Source: a candidate division FCPU426 bacterium (lineage in GTDB: Bacteria > Oederibacteriota > Muellerivitia > Muellerivitales > Muellerivitaceae). From it: a stretch of DNA of 64,000 nt. Under the pieces are notes generated by a model, which made no database searches, had not been told where the DNA came from, and was given only the letters and a program-made list of their open reading frames with translations. The stretch lies in contig CAWHOE010000047.1 in assembly GCA_963830915.1 (NCBI GenBank), forward strand, positions 17,796-81,795, read 5' to 3'. The translations under genes and the position numbers were made by a program. Below, piece by piece: positions 50,184-59,768 of the stretch (position 1 is its first letter; the number at the start of each line of letters is the position of its first letter).

Positions 50184-50495
50184 TCATTCGGAATTCTTAC
50201 GGGCGCGGTCCAGGGAAAGGGCTGGGTCGGCCATGTCCTTAAGCCGTTCATTTCCCACTTTTGCCAACCAAAGCTTCAATGGCTCGGCTTTGGGGCTGGG
50301 GACAGATTGAACCAGTCGTAAAAGTGTCTCGGAATCCGCGACATCTGTCAGATATTCCTTGCCGTCTGGGGCAATCAATTTCAGGGCGTTACAGTTTGTA
50401 ACGACCTGGCCTTCCACTAATTCAGTTGGTGACAATTTGTCACCGACTAACTCTGAACCATCGACAAACTGTCGACGGTTCAATTCTTTAACCAT
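50184..50495 (-). pseudogene. BRO/antirepressor-family fragment with stacked palindromes
   Basis: VTNCNALKLIAPDGKEYLTDVA..LLRLVQSVPSPKAEPLKLWLAKVG.ER..DP.L; both ends appear to be missing. Confidence 0.8.
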
Positions 50496-50679
50496 TTTCG
50501 TGACGCTAAGGAATTGTCTGGTTTAGATCTAAACAACACCCAACTCCATTACGACCCTATTGCTGACGTCAGCAATAGGGTCCTTCTATTTCATCAATTT
50601 ACCCGACCAGAGTTCTTCCAAAAATACGGCCCAGGGCAAAATCCTGATACTCCCCACTTGCCGGGGTTTCGGGGAAAGG

Positions 50680-50927
50680 TTATTCCATCTTCACGACTTC
50701 AGATATCTCGTTCATGACCGCGTTTTCGATTTCTTCCTTGATCGCTTCCGCGCTAGGTGTGTCGGTATGTTTATGTGCCCGATTCCATCCATATGCGACC
50801 CCATCCTCTACCTGCCCCGAGCCCTCAAGGCGAGGGGCTTGTTTGGTTATGCCGATTTCATTTGGAAATCGGCGACCGCACGGGCAAGGACCTTATAAAC
50901 ATTGACCTTAATTTTCACTTTTGGCAT
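50680..50927 (-). pseudogene. 60-aa gene interrupted by a 65-bp palindromic insertion
   Basis: GAGGTG RBS; removing 50810-50874 restores MPKVKIKVNVYKVLARAVEDGVAYGWNRAHKHTDTP... Confidence 0.75.
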
Positions 50928-50936
50928 GTTTCACCT

Positions 50937-51311
50937 CTATTTGTAACGCTTCGCTTTTTCTTTCGCCAAACTGACAGGTTTCAAATCCTCTTTCTTCTGT
51001 GTATACATACCGCGTTTCTTGATGGGTTCGACCCTGATCTTGAAACCCAGACCATGCACGATCCCTTCCACCGTGGAATAAGCTGGGTCCCTTTTACCGG
51101 AAAAAGCGCGATAAAGATTCTGACGGTTCAAGCCGGAGACCTTCGAAAGTTTCGCCACACCACCCAGAGCATCCGCGACGTTCTTGAACATCAATAAGGA
51201 CGTACCAAAGTCATCCTCATTCAGGGCTTCGTTCAAATAAGCCTCACGAAAATGCACGTTCTTTCTTAATTGGTTGATGAGATGTTGATCGAATGACGCG
51301 GCGCCTTTCAT
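50937..51311 (-). CDS. Addiction module antidote protein (HTH)
   Basis: AYLNEAL..VADALGGVAKLSKVSGLNRQNLYRAFSGKRDPAYSTV. Confidence 0.9.
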   Translation of the reverse strand: MKGAASFDQHLINQLRKNVHFREAYLNEALNEDDFGTSLLMFKNVADALGGVAKLSKVSGLNRQNLYRAFSGKRDPAYSTVEGIVHGLGFKIRVEPIKKRGMYTQKKEDLKPVSLAKEKAKRYK

Positions 51312-51667
51312 AGTTTCCCCCTGTTTCGTTGCTTGAATTCCCGCCAATAATCCACGGCGGTACCGATGTCTTTTTGCTGGCCCCTCTTGTTCCCGCCGGT
51401 CAACAAAAGGATGGTTACAGCCCCCGCGTGGGCGAAATAAGCTCTCCAGCCCGGCCCGAAATCCATGACCAACTCGCAAACTCCCTCGCACCCTGGTAAT
51501 AATTTCGCGTTTCCCATATTGCCCGATTGAATGCGGGCTAAATACTTGGCGATTTTAGAAGCCGTGGCAGGGTCCCTTTCCAACACCATATCGAACCATT
51601 CACGGAAGGGTTTTCTTCCGTCGGGTTTTTCATAGTCCAATAATTCTCGGGGTCGTGTTTCAGGCAT
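51308..51667 (-). CDS. Addiction module killer protein (RelE/ParE-like)
   Basis: PFREWF..ARIQSGNMG..GVCEL..FGPGWRAYF..LLLTGGNK..QQKDI. Confidence 0.9.
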   Translation of the reverse strand: MPETRPRELLDYEKPDGRKPFREWFDMVLERDPATASKIAKYLARIQSGNMGNAKLLPGCEGVCELVMDFGPGWRAYFAHAGAVTILLLTGGNKRGQQKDIGTAVDYWREFKQRNRGKL

Positions 51668-51680
51668 AGGTTTTATCCAT

Positions 51681-51709
51681 ATTGTCGCCGTTTGGCGACA
51701 CGGAGTCAA
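51681..51709 (-). promoter_or_regulatory. TA promoter with overlapping operator palindrome
   Basis: TTGACT-17 nt-GACAAT; tgtcgcc-n4-ggcgaca lies across the spacer and -10. Confidence 0.65.
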
Positions 51710-51945
51710 GAGAACATTGGGGGTGGGGTGGTCTCAGTTAAAGAGCGGGAATAATGCCAATAGCCAAGGATTATTTTCTACGAATTTTCCTACGTGCTGT
51801 CTCCTGCCTCGAGGTAACAAGCCTTCTTCATTGAGGCCTCAGGCCGAAATGAATGGTTTGATGGTGCCAGACCTTATAGAAGGTCTGGTAGTGAGAGGCA
51901 TGGTTTGGTGATCCCTATTGCTATGGCAATAGGGGTCTTCTGCCT

Positions 51946-52015
51946 GCTGTCGACTGTCAGCTGTTTTTTGTCAGCTGTTAGCTGTCGACTGTGGACTGTC
52001 GACTGTTAGCTGCCG
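51946..52015. repeat. Heptamer array inverted relative to 48147-48281
   Basis: gctgtcg actgtca gctgtt...; 51997-52015 is the exact reverse complement of 48154-48172. Confidence 0.9.
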
Positions 52016-52022
52016 TATGCCT

Positions 52023-53267
52023 CTATCCATTCCATTCGGCGTAGCCGCGGTCGTCGATCAAGCTCTTACACTTATTCCTCATCGCGTTGAACAAGTGCAA
52101 TTCTCTACTCTCTCCATACCCAGCTTCAGGTTCACCTGCCATGCGACCACTCATCCAACTCTCACCCTCAAGGTGAGAGTTGACGGTTGATGATGCCGAC
52201 TGATTGAAAGTCGGTATAGGCGCGTGGCTCGATTTGGTTGTACCCATTTCCAAATCAGAAATGGGTATGCGGCCATAAGTAGGTATGGCCTTCAGGTAAT
52301 GGAGCAGGCGTTCTTTCACCTCATCCAATTTCTCAGGGGTGGGTATCTTGTCGCTTTTGCGTGAATTCTCAGCGGAGTGGCAGGGCATGAGATTGGGCAG
52401 GCTGTTATCCCCCCACAAAGAAAAGGGTATGACGTGGTCCACCGCCAGTTTGTCCTTCGTAATGGGTTTGCCGCACCAAATACAGGGCAATACTTCCCCC
52501 TTATCCAGAAGCGCCAGAAAATGCTCACGGGCGTCTTTAACGTCCCTTTCATCCGAAGGCGGGGTGGATATCAAGCTCAGGACTTTTTCGGTTTTAACGC
52601 CGCTGTTCTTGATCCCCGCCGTGAATTCCGCCCATTGGTAAAGGATGCTTTCAGTGCCGATGATGATGGCTCCCAATTGTTTCAGCGGGGCTAAATAAGC
52701 CTCTGATATTTGGTAACTGCCATAGGAATTTCTCAGGAATTCATTATCAAAACAGTCGCAGACCGGGTTCCTGAGGGGTTTCGATATCGGTCTTACGACC
52801 GAATAGTCCCTGCCGTTCGCGCTAAAGCCCAGGTGGAGCATGGGCATTTTGGTGATGGTATCGGCGATCTTATCGGCCGCGGCTTTGAACTCGCCTGCCG
52901 CCTGGCCCACTATCCTCCCGCGTTGAAACTCATGATGGAAAGCCGTGTAGCCTTCCTCCCCCTGAAAACGGGATATGGCCTTTTTAAGAAGGGGCCTGAA
53001 AGCTATTTGACTGCCTTCCCCGCCGGGCAATTCCCCATGCTTCTGGGGTATATCCGCTTGGATCAATGGGAAGTAGTAATAGATCCACCATTTGACGAGA
53101 AGCCCCAGGGGATAAATCCCCTTTTCCACCTCAGCCGGGGCCAATTCATAACAGTCTTTATCGATGACATCCAACATTCCCCGCAAAAGGGCGAACTTGT
53201 AGGTGGCGTCGTATTGGTCGCGTTTGAGGATTTGGAGGATCTTGTTTATGTCGCTGGGTTTGGCCAT
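52023..53267 (-). CDS. HNH endonuclease domain protein
   Basis: ATYKFALLR N-terminus; CIWCG..VDHVIPFS..NLMPC..N..KSDK. Confidence 0.85.
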   Translation of the reverse strand: MAKPSDINKILQILKRDQYDATYKFALLRGMLDVIDKDCYELAPAEVEKGIYPLGLLVKWWIYYYFPLIQADIPQKHGELPGGEGSQIAFRPLLKKAISRFQGEEGYTAFHHEFQRGRIVGQAAGEFKAAADKIADTITKMPMLHLGFSANGRDYSVVRPISKPLRNPVCDCFDNEFLRNSYGSYQISEAYLAPLKQLGAIIIGTESILYQWAEFTAGIKNSGVKTEKVLSLISTPPSDERDVKDAREHFLALLDKGEVLPCIWCGKPITKDKLAVDHVIPFSLWGDNSLPNLMPCHSAENSRKSDKIPTPEKLDEVKERLLHYLKAIPTYGRIPISDLEMGTTKSSHAPIPTFNQSASSTVNSHLEGESWMSGRMAGEPEAGYGESRELHLFNAMRNKCKSLIDDRGYAEWNG

Positions 53268-53400
53268 GGGGGCATTATATGTCTATGGGGATTGGGTGGC
53301 ATTTAAAAGGCCATATACCTTTTTGTTATAAAATAAAACGCGTAATTCTTCGTTAGGATTAGAATTAATCAATAAAGAATTGTTTAAAAAGGGGTTGAAT

Positions 53401-53910
53401 ATGACCATAGAGGAACGTTTGGTAGTGTTGGAAAAGGAATTAAATAAATCGAAGCGCCGCACCCATTACTTATTGGGCACTCTAATTTTAATTGTCACAA
53501 TTGGGATTATGGGCGCAACATCCTTGAAGTCGGGAAATGTTATTCGGGCAAACAGGTTTATTCTCGAAGATCAAAATGGGAATGTAAGGGGTGTTCTTTC
53601 AGTAAATGATAATGATCCAGCGTTACACCTATTAGACGAAAACGGAAAGGTTCGTGTAGCTTTAGGAATAACTAAGTATGGGCCAACTTTAGGCCTATGC
53701 GATGAGAACGGGACAGCACGATCTACGCTGTCAGCAGTTGAAGGCGGTCAAGGCGTTGGCCTTTTTGACGAAAAAGATACACTTCGCGCAATGCTAGGAA
53801 TTTCAAAAGGCAAGCCAGGTTGTTGTTTGTACGATGTAAACGGAAATTCCATTTGGGGGTCATGCAGTTATCAGCCCCACCACAATGCCCAAGAAGGTGT
53901 GAAGAATTAA
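53401..53910 (+). CDS. Hypothetical membrane-anchored beta-repeat protein
   Basis: TM helix then repeated L.DENG..R..L motifs; AT-rich. Confidence 0.7.
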   Translation: MTIEERLVVLEKELNKSKRRTHYLLGTLILIVTIGIMGATSLKSGNVIRANRFILEDQNGNVRGVLSVNDNDPALHLLDENGKVRVALGITKYGPTLGLCDENGTARSTLSAVEGGQGVGLFDEKDTLRAMLGISKGKPGCCLYDVNGNSIWGSCSYQPHHNAQEGVKN

Positions 53911-53930
53911 AGATACAATAGTGGATCCTT

Positions 53931-54002
53931 GGCCAGGCCTGAAAATAGATAATTAACGAATTACCAACCAAAATTTCATTTTTTAGATCTGACCCGCACA
54001 CA
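53931..54002. mobile_element. Short copy of the GGGTCAGGCCTG element family
   Basis: caggcctgaaaat..taccaaccaaaatttcatttt..ctgaccc matches 47998-48010 and 48082-48142. Confidence 0.65.
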
Positions 54003-54037
54003 AAGTTTTTTTATTTCAGTAAATATTGGAGGTCATC

Positions 54038-54244
54038 ATGGGTACTATGGCCGGCGGGTTAAGTTTAGTATTCATCGCAATAATGATAGCTGTAATTATC
54101 GGGCTTTTCTTTTTATTCAGGAGTCTTTTGCTTTGGTACTGGCAATTGGACAAGATCGAGGAGCACCTCAAGATCATCAAAAATATTTTATATGAGATCC
54201 GCGATAATACATCCGGTAGTAAAAACGATAAAAAATCATCTTGA
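54038..54244 (+). CDS. Small membrane protein
   Basis: GGAGG RBS; TM helix; FRSLLLWYW. Confidence 0.65.
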   Translation: MGTMAGGLSLVFIAIMIAVIIGLFFLFRSLLLWYWQLDKIEEHLKIIKNILYEIRDNTSGSKNDKKSS

Positions 54245-54379
54245 AATAATATAAAGGCCAGACCAATTTACCCATTTGAAGATCATCCAATAGTCACTGT
54301 CGTGGGGATATGGGATTGGGTTGGTTTTAAACTGGCTTCTTGATAACTGGTTAAAGTAAATCTTTTTTCATTCATCAGA

Positions 54380-56359
54380 TTAAATCTCAGGAAAACCAAT
54401 ACTTTTTAGATATTCATAAGTTTTATTATAAAATCGAGGTAGACGGGTATGGTCGTCCTTATCTCCTTTAGGCACTACGATCACCATGCCTTGCCGGGCT
54501 CTAGTTAATAAAACACGATAAGCATTCTTTAGGTATTTTTTCCTATCTTCGGAGTTGATGTGTTGCCATTTACTCCCGCGGAAAGACCAATTTTCCCATC
54601 CTTCAGACGTAAACCGGAAATCAGCATCCCAATTTACACAGGCCCAATCCAATTCCAATCCTTGGATATGAAACTCTGTCGCAACATCTTCCAAATAATA
54701 AGAAGACCGCACATCATCTTTATCGTCCAAGAACCAATGAATAGGATTAATGGGTGTTTTAACATCGATCGCATCTGGTTTTAAGCGTTCCGCTTGAGAA
54801 GAAACAACAATTCCGTATCTTTCAGTGCCTCTCGCCTTTTCTTTTAACCATTTTTTAGCTATAGAAAGATTACGGGTAATAACAATGGGATATTTATCTT
54901 GTAGATCAACCAATGACTTTTTAGCTTTTGCATCATCCAAATCCAATATTTCTTTAACAAGTGCCGCCAAATTTTCTGCGCGAAAAGACCTCATGGAAAC
55001 GGATAAATGTAAATCATCCTTCATATTCGAATTAGATTGCTTCATGTACTTTTCGATTAGATCTGGTGTTCCATATTCAGAATCAGTAAGTTTGGGCGAA
55101 ATATATATTTTCCAATCAGGATAAGAACGCCTAATGCTTTCGAACCATTCCGTTATTCCAGCTTCACCAGTATTTATTTCCTGGCCCCCACCTACTAAAC
55201 AAACAACCACAGCCCAATCTTTATGACGATTCATGCAAGAAATTAAAAACTCTGGCTCAGATTGATTAAAATTAGGCCGGTTTTTCTTCCGCTTCATAAA
55301 ATTACTAGTTTGTTTTAAATCCCATGCTCTTTGCGCCTCATCAAAAATAGCAACATGTTCTTTTGGCGGGTTCTCATCGATTAAACCCTCATCCCGAAAA
55401 TTATGAACATTTTGTATAAATGACTTAACCTCGCTATAAGCTTCTTTCTTCTTAAAGCGGTGCCCCTTATTTTTTTCTCTTAATACCTTATCGCGAGTTA
55501 AAGCCTCTCGAAGAATAGCCACTAAAGGCCCATTACCTGATAGAAACACACTATAAAGATCGCTTTTATTATCAATATGCTTTGTAGCGATATTTAATCC
55601 GACCAGGGTTTTGCCAGAACCAGGTACGCCAGTTACAAAACAAATGGCTTTTTGGCGATTCTTTTTTGAAAGCTCAATTATTTTGGAAATTGTTTCGGAT
55701 GTTTTTTCTAAATTGATCGCGCCTGCATCACTACGTGTAATGTCGATTACGGAATGATGGCCATATAAAGCTAATGCCGCTTCAATAATCGTGGGGGTTG
55801 GTGAATACCGGCCTTTATCCCATGCTGATGCATCAATTTTTTCACCATCAACAAAATCCAAGATGTTTTTAATTATTACTTTAAGGTTTTTCGCGTTTGC
55901 TTTAATTGGAACAAAAAGCTTATCGTTCGGTAATTCAAAGGATATTTGAGCAGGGGTATCGGTATCTTCAGCTTCTGTCGCAATTAGAATTGGGGCCACA
56001 AATTTTTCATGACTTGTTTCATGAAAGTTCTTTAAATCCAACCCATAATCCCAGACCTGATCGATAGCTTGTTTTTGATACTTATCATCGAAAACCTTAA
56101 ATTCAAGAACAAATATAACAGGTCCGATTAAGAGGAGAACATCGATTCGCGAACCCATTCGAGGTATTGAATATTCAAAATAAATTGCCCCTTCGAACGG
56201 CTTCAGAACATCTTTCAATATACGTATTTCTTCCAGCCAAGCCTGCATTTGGTTCTGTTCAAAGCTGAATTCATTATCAATTGCGAGTTTTCCAATAATG
56301 GATTCATTTTGCTCCCCAAGAAATCGGGAAATTGTATTTGAATAGTAGGCGCGGATCAT
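54380..56359 (-). CDS. DUF2075 (Schlafen group-3-like) helicase with N-terminal nuclease-like domain
   Basis: [52 protein letters not shown]. Confidence 0.88.
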   Translation of the reverse strand: MIRAYYSNTISRFLGEQNESIIGKLAIDNEFSFEQNQMQAWLEEIRILKDVLKPFEGAIYFEYSIPRMGSRIDVLLLIGPVIFVLEFKVFDDKYQKQAIDQVWDYGLDLKNFHETSHEKFVAPILIATEAEDTDTPAQISFELPNDKLFVPIKANAKNLKVIIKNILDFVDGEKIDASAWDKGRYSPTPTIIEAALALYGHHSVIDITRSDAGAINLEKTSETISKIIELSKKNRQKAICFVTGVPGSGKTLVGLNIATKHIDNKSDLYSVFLSGNGPLVAILREALTRDKVLREKNKGHRFKKKEAYSEVKSFIQNVHNFRDEGLIDENPPKEHVAIFDEAQRAWDLKQTSNFMKRKKNRPNFNQSEPEFLISCMNRHKDWAVVVCLVGGGQEINTGEAGITEWFESIRRSYPDWKIYISPKLTDSEYGTPDLIEKYMKQSNSNMKDDLHLSVSMRSFRAENLAALVKEILDLDDAKAKKSLVDLQDKYPIVITRNLSIAKKWLKEKARGTERYGIVVSSQAERLKPDAIDVKTPINPIHWFLDDKDDVRSSYYLEDVATEFHIQGLELDWACVNWDADFRFTSEGWENWSFRGSKWQHINSEDRKKYLKNAYRVLLTRARQGMVIVVPKGDKDDHTRLPRFYNKTYEYLKSIGFPEI

Positions 56360-56407
56360 TAAGAACCTTCAACTACATGATTTATTTCAAAATCCATAAA
56401 TATTAGT

Positions 56408-57355
56408 TTAAGCCAAAAACCTTTCTTTTATATGCCATTCCAAATAATCATGAGATGGTTGTTCACCGAGTTTTTCAGGCAGAATCTTCAATTTCTGCCC
56501 TTGATGAACGTAATAATCTCTACCATTTTCAAATTCTTCCCGGATTTTTGAACTGACCTTCACTTTAAAATCCTGATCCACACTTAAATAACCACGATCA
56601 TAAAGAATATGAAGGTCTGACCTAAGAAGCAGGCCATTTCGGATCTCATGGGGGCCTTGTTCCGCATAAGGTTTGATATGGGCGGCTTCAAGAACGGGCA
56701 AGGTCTTTTCACCCGTAATAGCGCATCTGCGATGATAAGCATCCGTTACCAATACCCGGAAAGCTCCCTGTCCTAGGCGGGGTCTAACGATTTGAGGTGT
56801 GCCGTAACGTTCTTTATTACCTGGTATTGGTGAATCTGATGTTTCAGACGATGGAATGGACAATATCCCACCAAGCTTTGGTTGGACTTGGTTCCATAAT
56901 TCTTGACCCATGGAGCCGTCTTCCGTATCCAAAGTCTTTCCTTGAACCACATTCATCGGCCATTGAGGGGGGACGGGAACCCATTGTTCCCGGAGCCAAT
57001 AGAAGGGTTGGGCCAGAAGGGTACATCCAATGGCAGGATCACGTGGAACATCCTCGCGGCGGTCACTTCTATATTGAGCAATGGCTTCCCATAATTGGGC
57101 CGAGGTTTCTGTACCATTCTTTTCGCCATAGGCCAACCAAGCTAAGGACAAGGGCAAAACAGTATGTTTGACGAAATATCCACCGCCTACGATATAGTTG
57201 TTAGGGCTATGTAATTTGAAAAGAAAAGGCGCACCTTCAGGGATAGGACCCCAATTGGCCTGTGCACCCGGACGCCAAAAATTTACCTCATCCGCTTTCT
57301 TTTCAGCGAGAAAGTGAAACCAATTGTCATCAGTTACACCCACCCAATATTTCAT
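56408..57355 (-). CDS. HNH endonuclease with putative N-terminal base-reader domain
   Basis: RLGQGAFR..AY..RCAITG..LEAAHI..NGLLLRSDLH..D; N-terminal VTD..W..EVNFW.P. Confidence 0.88.
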   Translation of the reverse strand: MKYWVGVTDDNWFHFLAEKKADEVNFWRPGAQANWGPIPEGAPFLFKLHSPNNYIVGGGYFVKHTVLPLSLAWLAYGEKNGTETSAQLWEAIAQYRSDRREDVPRDPAIGCTLLAQPFYWLREQWVPVPPQWPMNVVQGKTLDTEDGSMGQELWNQVQPKLGGILSIPSSETSDSPIPGNKERYGTPQIVRPRLGQGAFRVLVTDAYHRRCAITGEKTLPVLEAAHIKPYAEQGPHEIRNGLLLRSDLHILYDRGYLSVDQDFKVKVSSKIREEFENGRDYYVHQGQKLKILPEKLGEQPSHDYLEWHIKERFLA

Positions 57356-59748
57356 TAGCTCACAACCTTTAGAAATTCAGCAATAATGTCCACATCATCT
57401 TCATTTATTGTAGATAGAGTTAATGTTTTGAAGCTTTTATTAATCGGTTGTAACTCTATTTTTAAGTGAACCCATTCGTCATCAGATATTTTCTTTTCAG
57501 AATGATATTTTTTCACAGTGAAACTACCGCTATTTTCAGGGTCATTGATTGAGCTGCTTTGCGCTAAAACGATCTTGCCTTCTCGGCTCCCACCTGTATA
57601 GCGTCTAAACAAACAATAGCTTCCATCTGGAATTACTGGTTCCATTGAGTGACCCACAACCCGTGCAATAAAGTGCTCTTTACTGGGTTTATCAAGACCA
57701 GGGACACGCACCCAGCCTTGTTCTGTCACTGCTTGGTTTGAACTAAATGTACCAGCGGCAGCTTCTAGTGAATAAAGAGGCACAAATCCTGGTTCTTGGG
57801 TCTTATATATTTCGATAGCCATATTCTTTTCAGGTTGAATAACAGCCATGGACGTTGATCTCGCTAGAACTAGTCGTTCTTTTAAATATTCTCTGAGAGC
57901 TTTATCTTTGCACCAGACATAACAACCCATACGGCCACGAGAAAGAAGAACTCTATAAGTGCTTTTGATGATGTTATCGACCTTTTCCAGTATGAGCTTT
58001 TGTCTTTCTTGCTTTCCTTCTGCCTCTCTAAACTCACCCTTCCATCCGGATAAACTTTTATCCGTACTGGCCCTTTTAGCGGGGTCCCCTTGAACCTTTC
58101 CATCCTTATAAAAAAGATCATCCCCTATAAGAAGCCCAATCCAATCAAACTCCAGACCTTGGATGGTATGGATACATCCAACCTGTCCGATACCATCTTT
58201 TGACGCGGCCCAACTTTCACCTGCAAAATTCCACGGCAGGGACAACTCATCAGCTTGAACATGTTTTATTTTGGTACCACGTTCACGCCCGGTTGTAGGC
58301 CATTTCCATGAATAACCGGCAATGAGACGTGCCTTATTAGTGTTATTTTTCTCTTTTAAGGCTTCATAAAGTTTTTCAGCTTGGTCAAAAACCTTAAATT
58401 CGTATTGCCCATCACCCCAATTTTCGAAATTACCCGTTTGTCTAATCTGCAATACATCGTCCAACCAATTCAAATAACCTGTAGATCCATTACAGCGGAA
58501 TTGGGCGGAAAGCTTGAATGACGGGTGAATTTTCGCTTTATATTTCTTCGCGGCCTCGATAATTGAATCAACAGAGCCGGTGTCTTGCCAACTTACCCTT
58601 TGGGATTCATCAATAAAGAAAACACTAATTCGAGCGCTCCGCACCATGTCCTCAACCATGCTTTTACCATGGTATTGATAAGCCTGGTCCTTTAGTCGGT
58701 GGGCCTCGTCAACGATGAGAATCTCACAACGCTCGTCTTTACGGTAATCGGCGTCAAAAAAACTCCATGAGGATTGAAAGAGCGCCTGCCCATCTTCCCG
58801 ATATTGTTTATTGCCTTTTGATAAGCTTTCAACCAAAGCGTCTCTAAAAGCCTTATTGGGCGCCACAAAGAAAGCCATGCGTTTGCGTTTGAGCATTTCA
58901 GCCAACAACCTGATCGCGATGACCGATTTGCCAGTTCCTGGCCCGCCTTCTACAACGAATACATGGCGATGGGTACGGTCTGTTTCAGTAAGTAATTGAT
59001 GTCTAATAATCCGAAAGGCTTCATCCTGCTCATCGATTAATTGGAATTCTTCATTCCCTTCCAGCATGCTGTCAACTTTGCTAATAAGTTCATCGGAAGG
59101 GCGCCAACGGCCTTGATCTAAAAGGAAAAGCACATCATTCTTAGATTTCTTAGGTATCAATTTTTCAAAATATTCACGTAATTGGGTCACGTCATCAGCT
59201 AGAAAAAGACGGGCGTCAGCCAAAACCTCCCTATATCGGTCATCCTCAAGAGGTTCTGGATTTCTTCTATGTAAGTTAAAGAGGTAGGCCGAAGGATGAA
59301 GTTGGATTCCTTTTTCCACAATATCCTGATTAAAGCGCAGGATAGTCCCTTTATAAGTACGGGCCTGAAAACAAGGATGTTGTTTCTCTGTACCCCCGCC
59401 AATAGGCGACATGACCATATTTTCGACATTGGTTAGCCCGGCTTTATCCCAAGCTTTAAGCTCTATTATTAATCCATTGTCTGATTGGCCATCATTACCA
59501 GTTAAGAGAACATCAATTCGGCTTCGACCTATAGAAGAGATGTGGTATTCGATGGCTACCTGAATATCATCGGCCACTTGAGCTTTACGAAGCTGGAGTG
59601 AAAATTGGGAATATTCAGAGGCCCATACAGTGCGGTCAATTGGTAAAGATCCGGTTTTGACTTTAAACGCATTTTCCAATTTAGGTTGGAGATTGTTGTT
59701 ATCGACATCATCAATAAACCCGGATTTTGTGTTTTGGTAGATGATCAT
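57355..59748 (-). CDS. DUF2075 helicase fused to a C-terminal S24 (LexA-type) peptidase domain
   Basis: IEY..RIDV..IIELKAW; GGPGTGKS; VDEAHRL; GCIHTIQGLEFD; C-terminal VGHSMEP..DGSYCLF..TVKK. Confidence 0.88.
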   Translation of the reverse strand: MIIYQNTKSGFIDDVDNNNLQPKLENAFKVKTGSLPIDRTVWASEYSQFSLQLRKAQVADDIQVAIEYHISSIGRSRIDVLLTGNDGQSDNGLIIELKAWDKAGLTNVENMVMSPIGGGTEKQHPCFQARTYKGTILRFNQDIVEKGIQLHPSAYLFNLHRRNPEPLEDDRYREVLADARLFLADDVTQLREYFEKLIPKKSKNDVLFLLDQGRWRPSDELISKVDSMLEGNEEFQLIDEQDEAFRIIRHQLLTETDRTHRHVFVVEGGPGTGKSVIAIRLLAEMLKRKRMAFFVAPNKAFRDALVESLSKGNKQYREDGQALFQSSWSFFDADYRKDERCEILIVDEAHRLKDQAYQYHGKSMVEDMVRSARISVFFIDESQRVSWQDTGSVDSIIEAAKKYKAKIHPSFKLSAQFRCNGSTGYLNWLDDVLQIRQTGNFENWGDGQYEFKVFDQAEKLYEALKEKNNTNKARLIAGYSWKWPTTGRERGTKIKHVQADELSLPWNFAGESWAASKDGIGQVGCIHTIQGLEFDWIGLLIGDDLFYKDGKVQGDPAKRASTDKSLSGWKGEFREAEGKQERQKLILEKVDNIIKSTYRVLLSRGRMGCYVWCKDKALREYLKERLVLARSTSMAVIQPEKNMAIEIYKTQEPGFVPLYSLEAAAGTFSSNQAVTEQGWVRVPGLDKPSKEHFIARVVGHSMEPVIPDGSYCLFRRYTGGSREGKIVLAQSSSINDPENSGSFTVKKYHSEKKISDDEWVHLKIELQPINKSFKTLTLSTINEDDVDIIAEFLKVVS

Positions 59749-59768
59749 TCGGTTAAAAACCGTATCCT

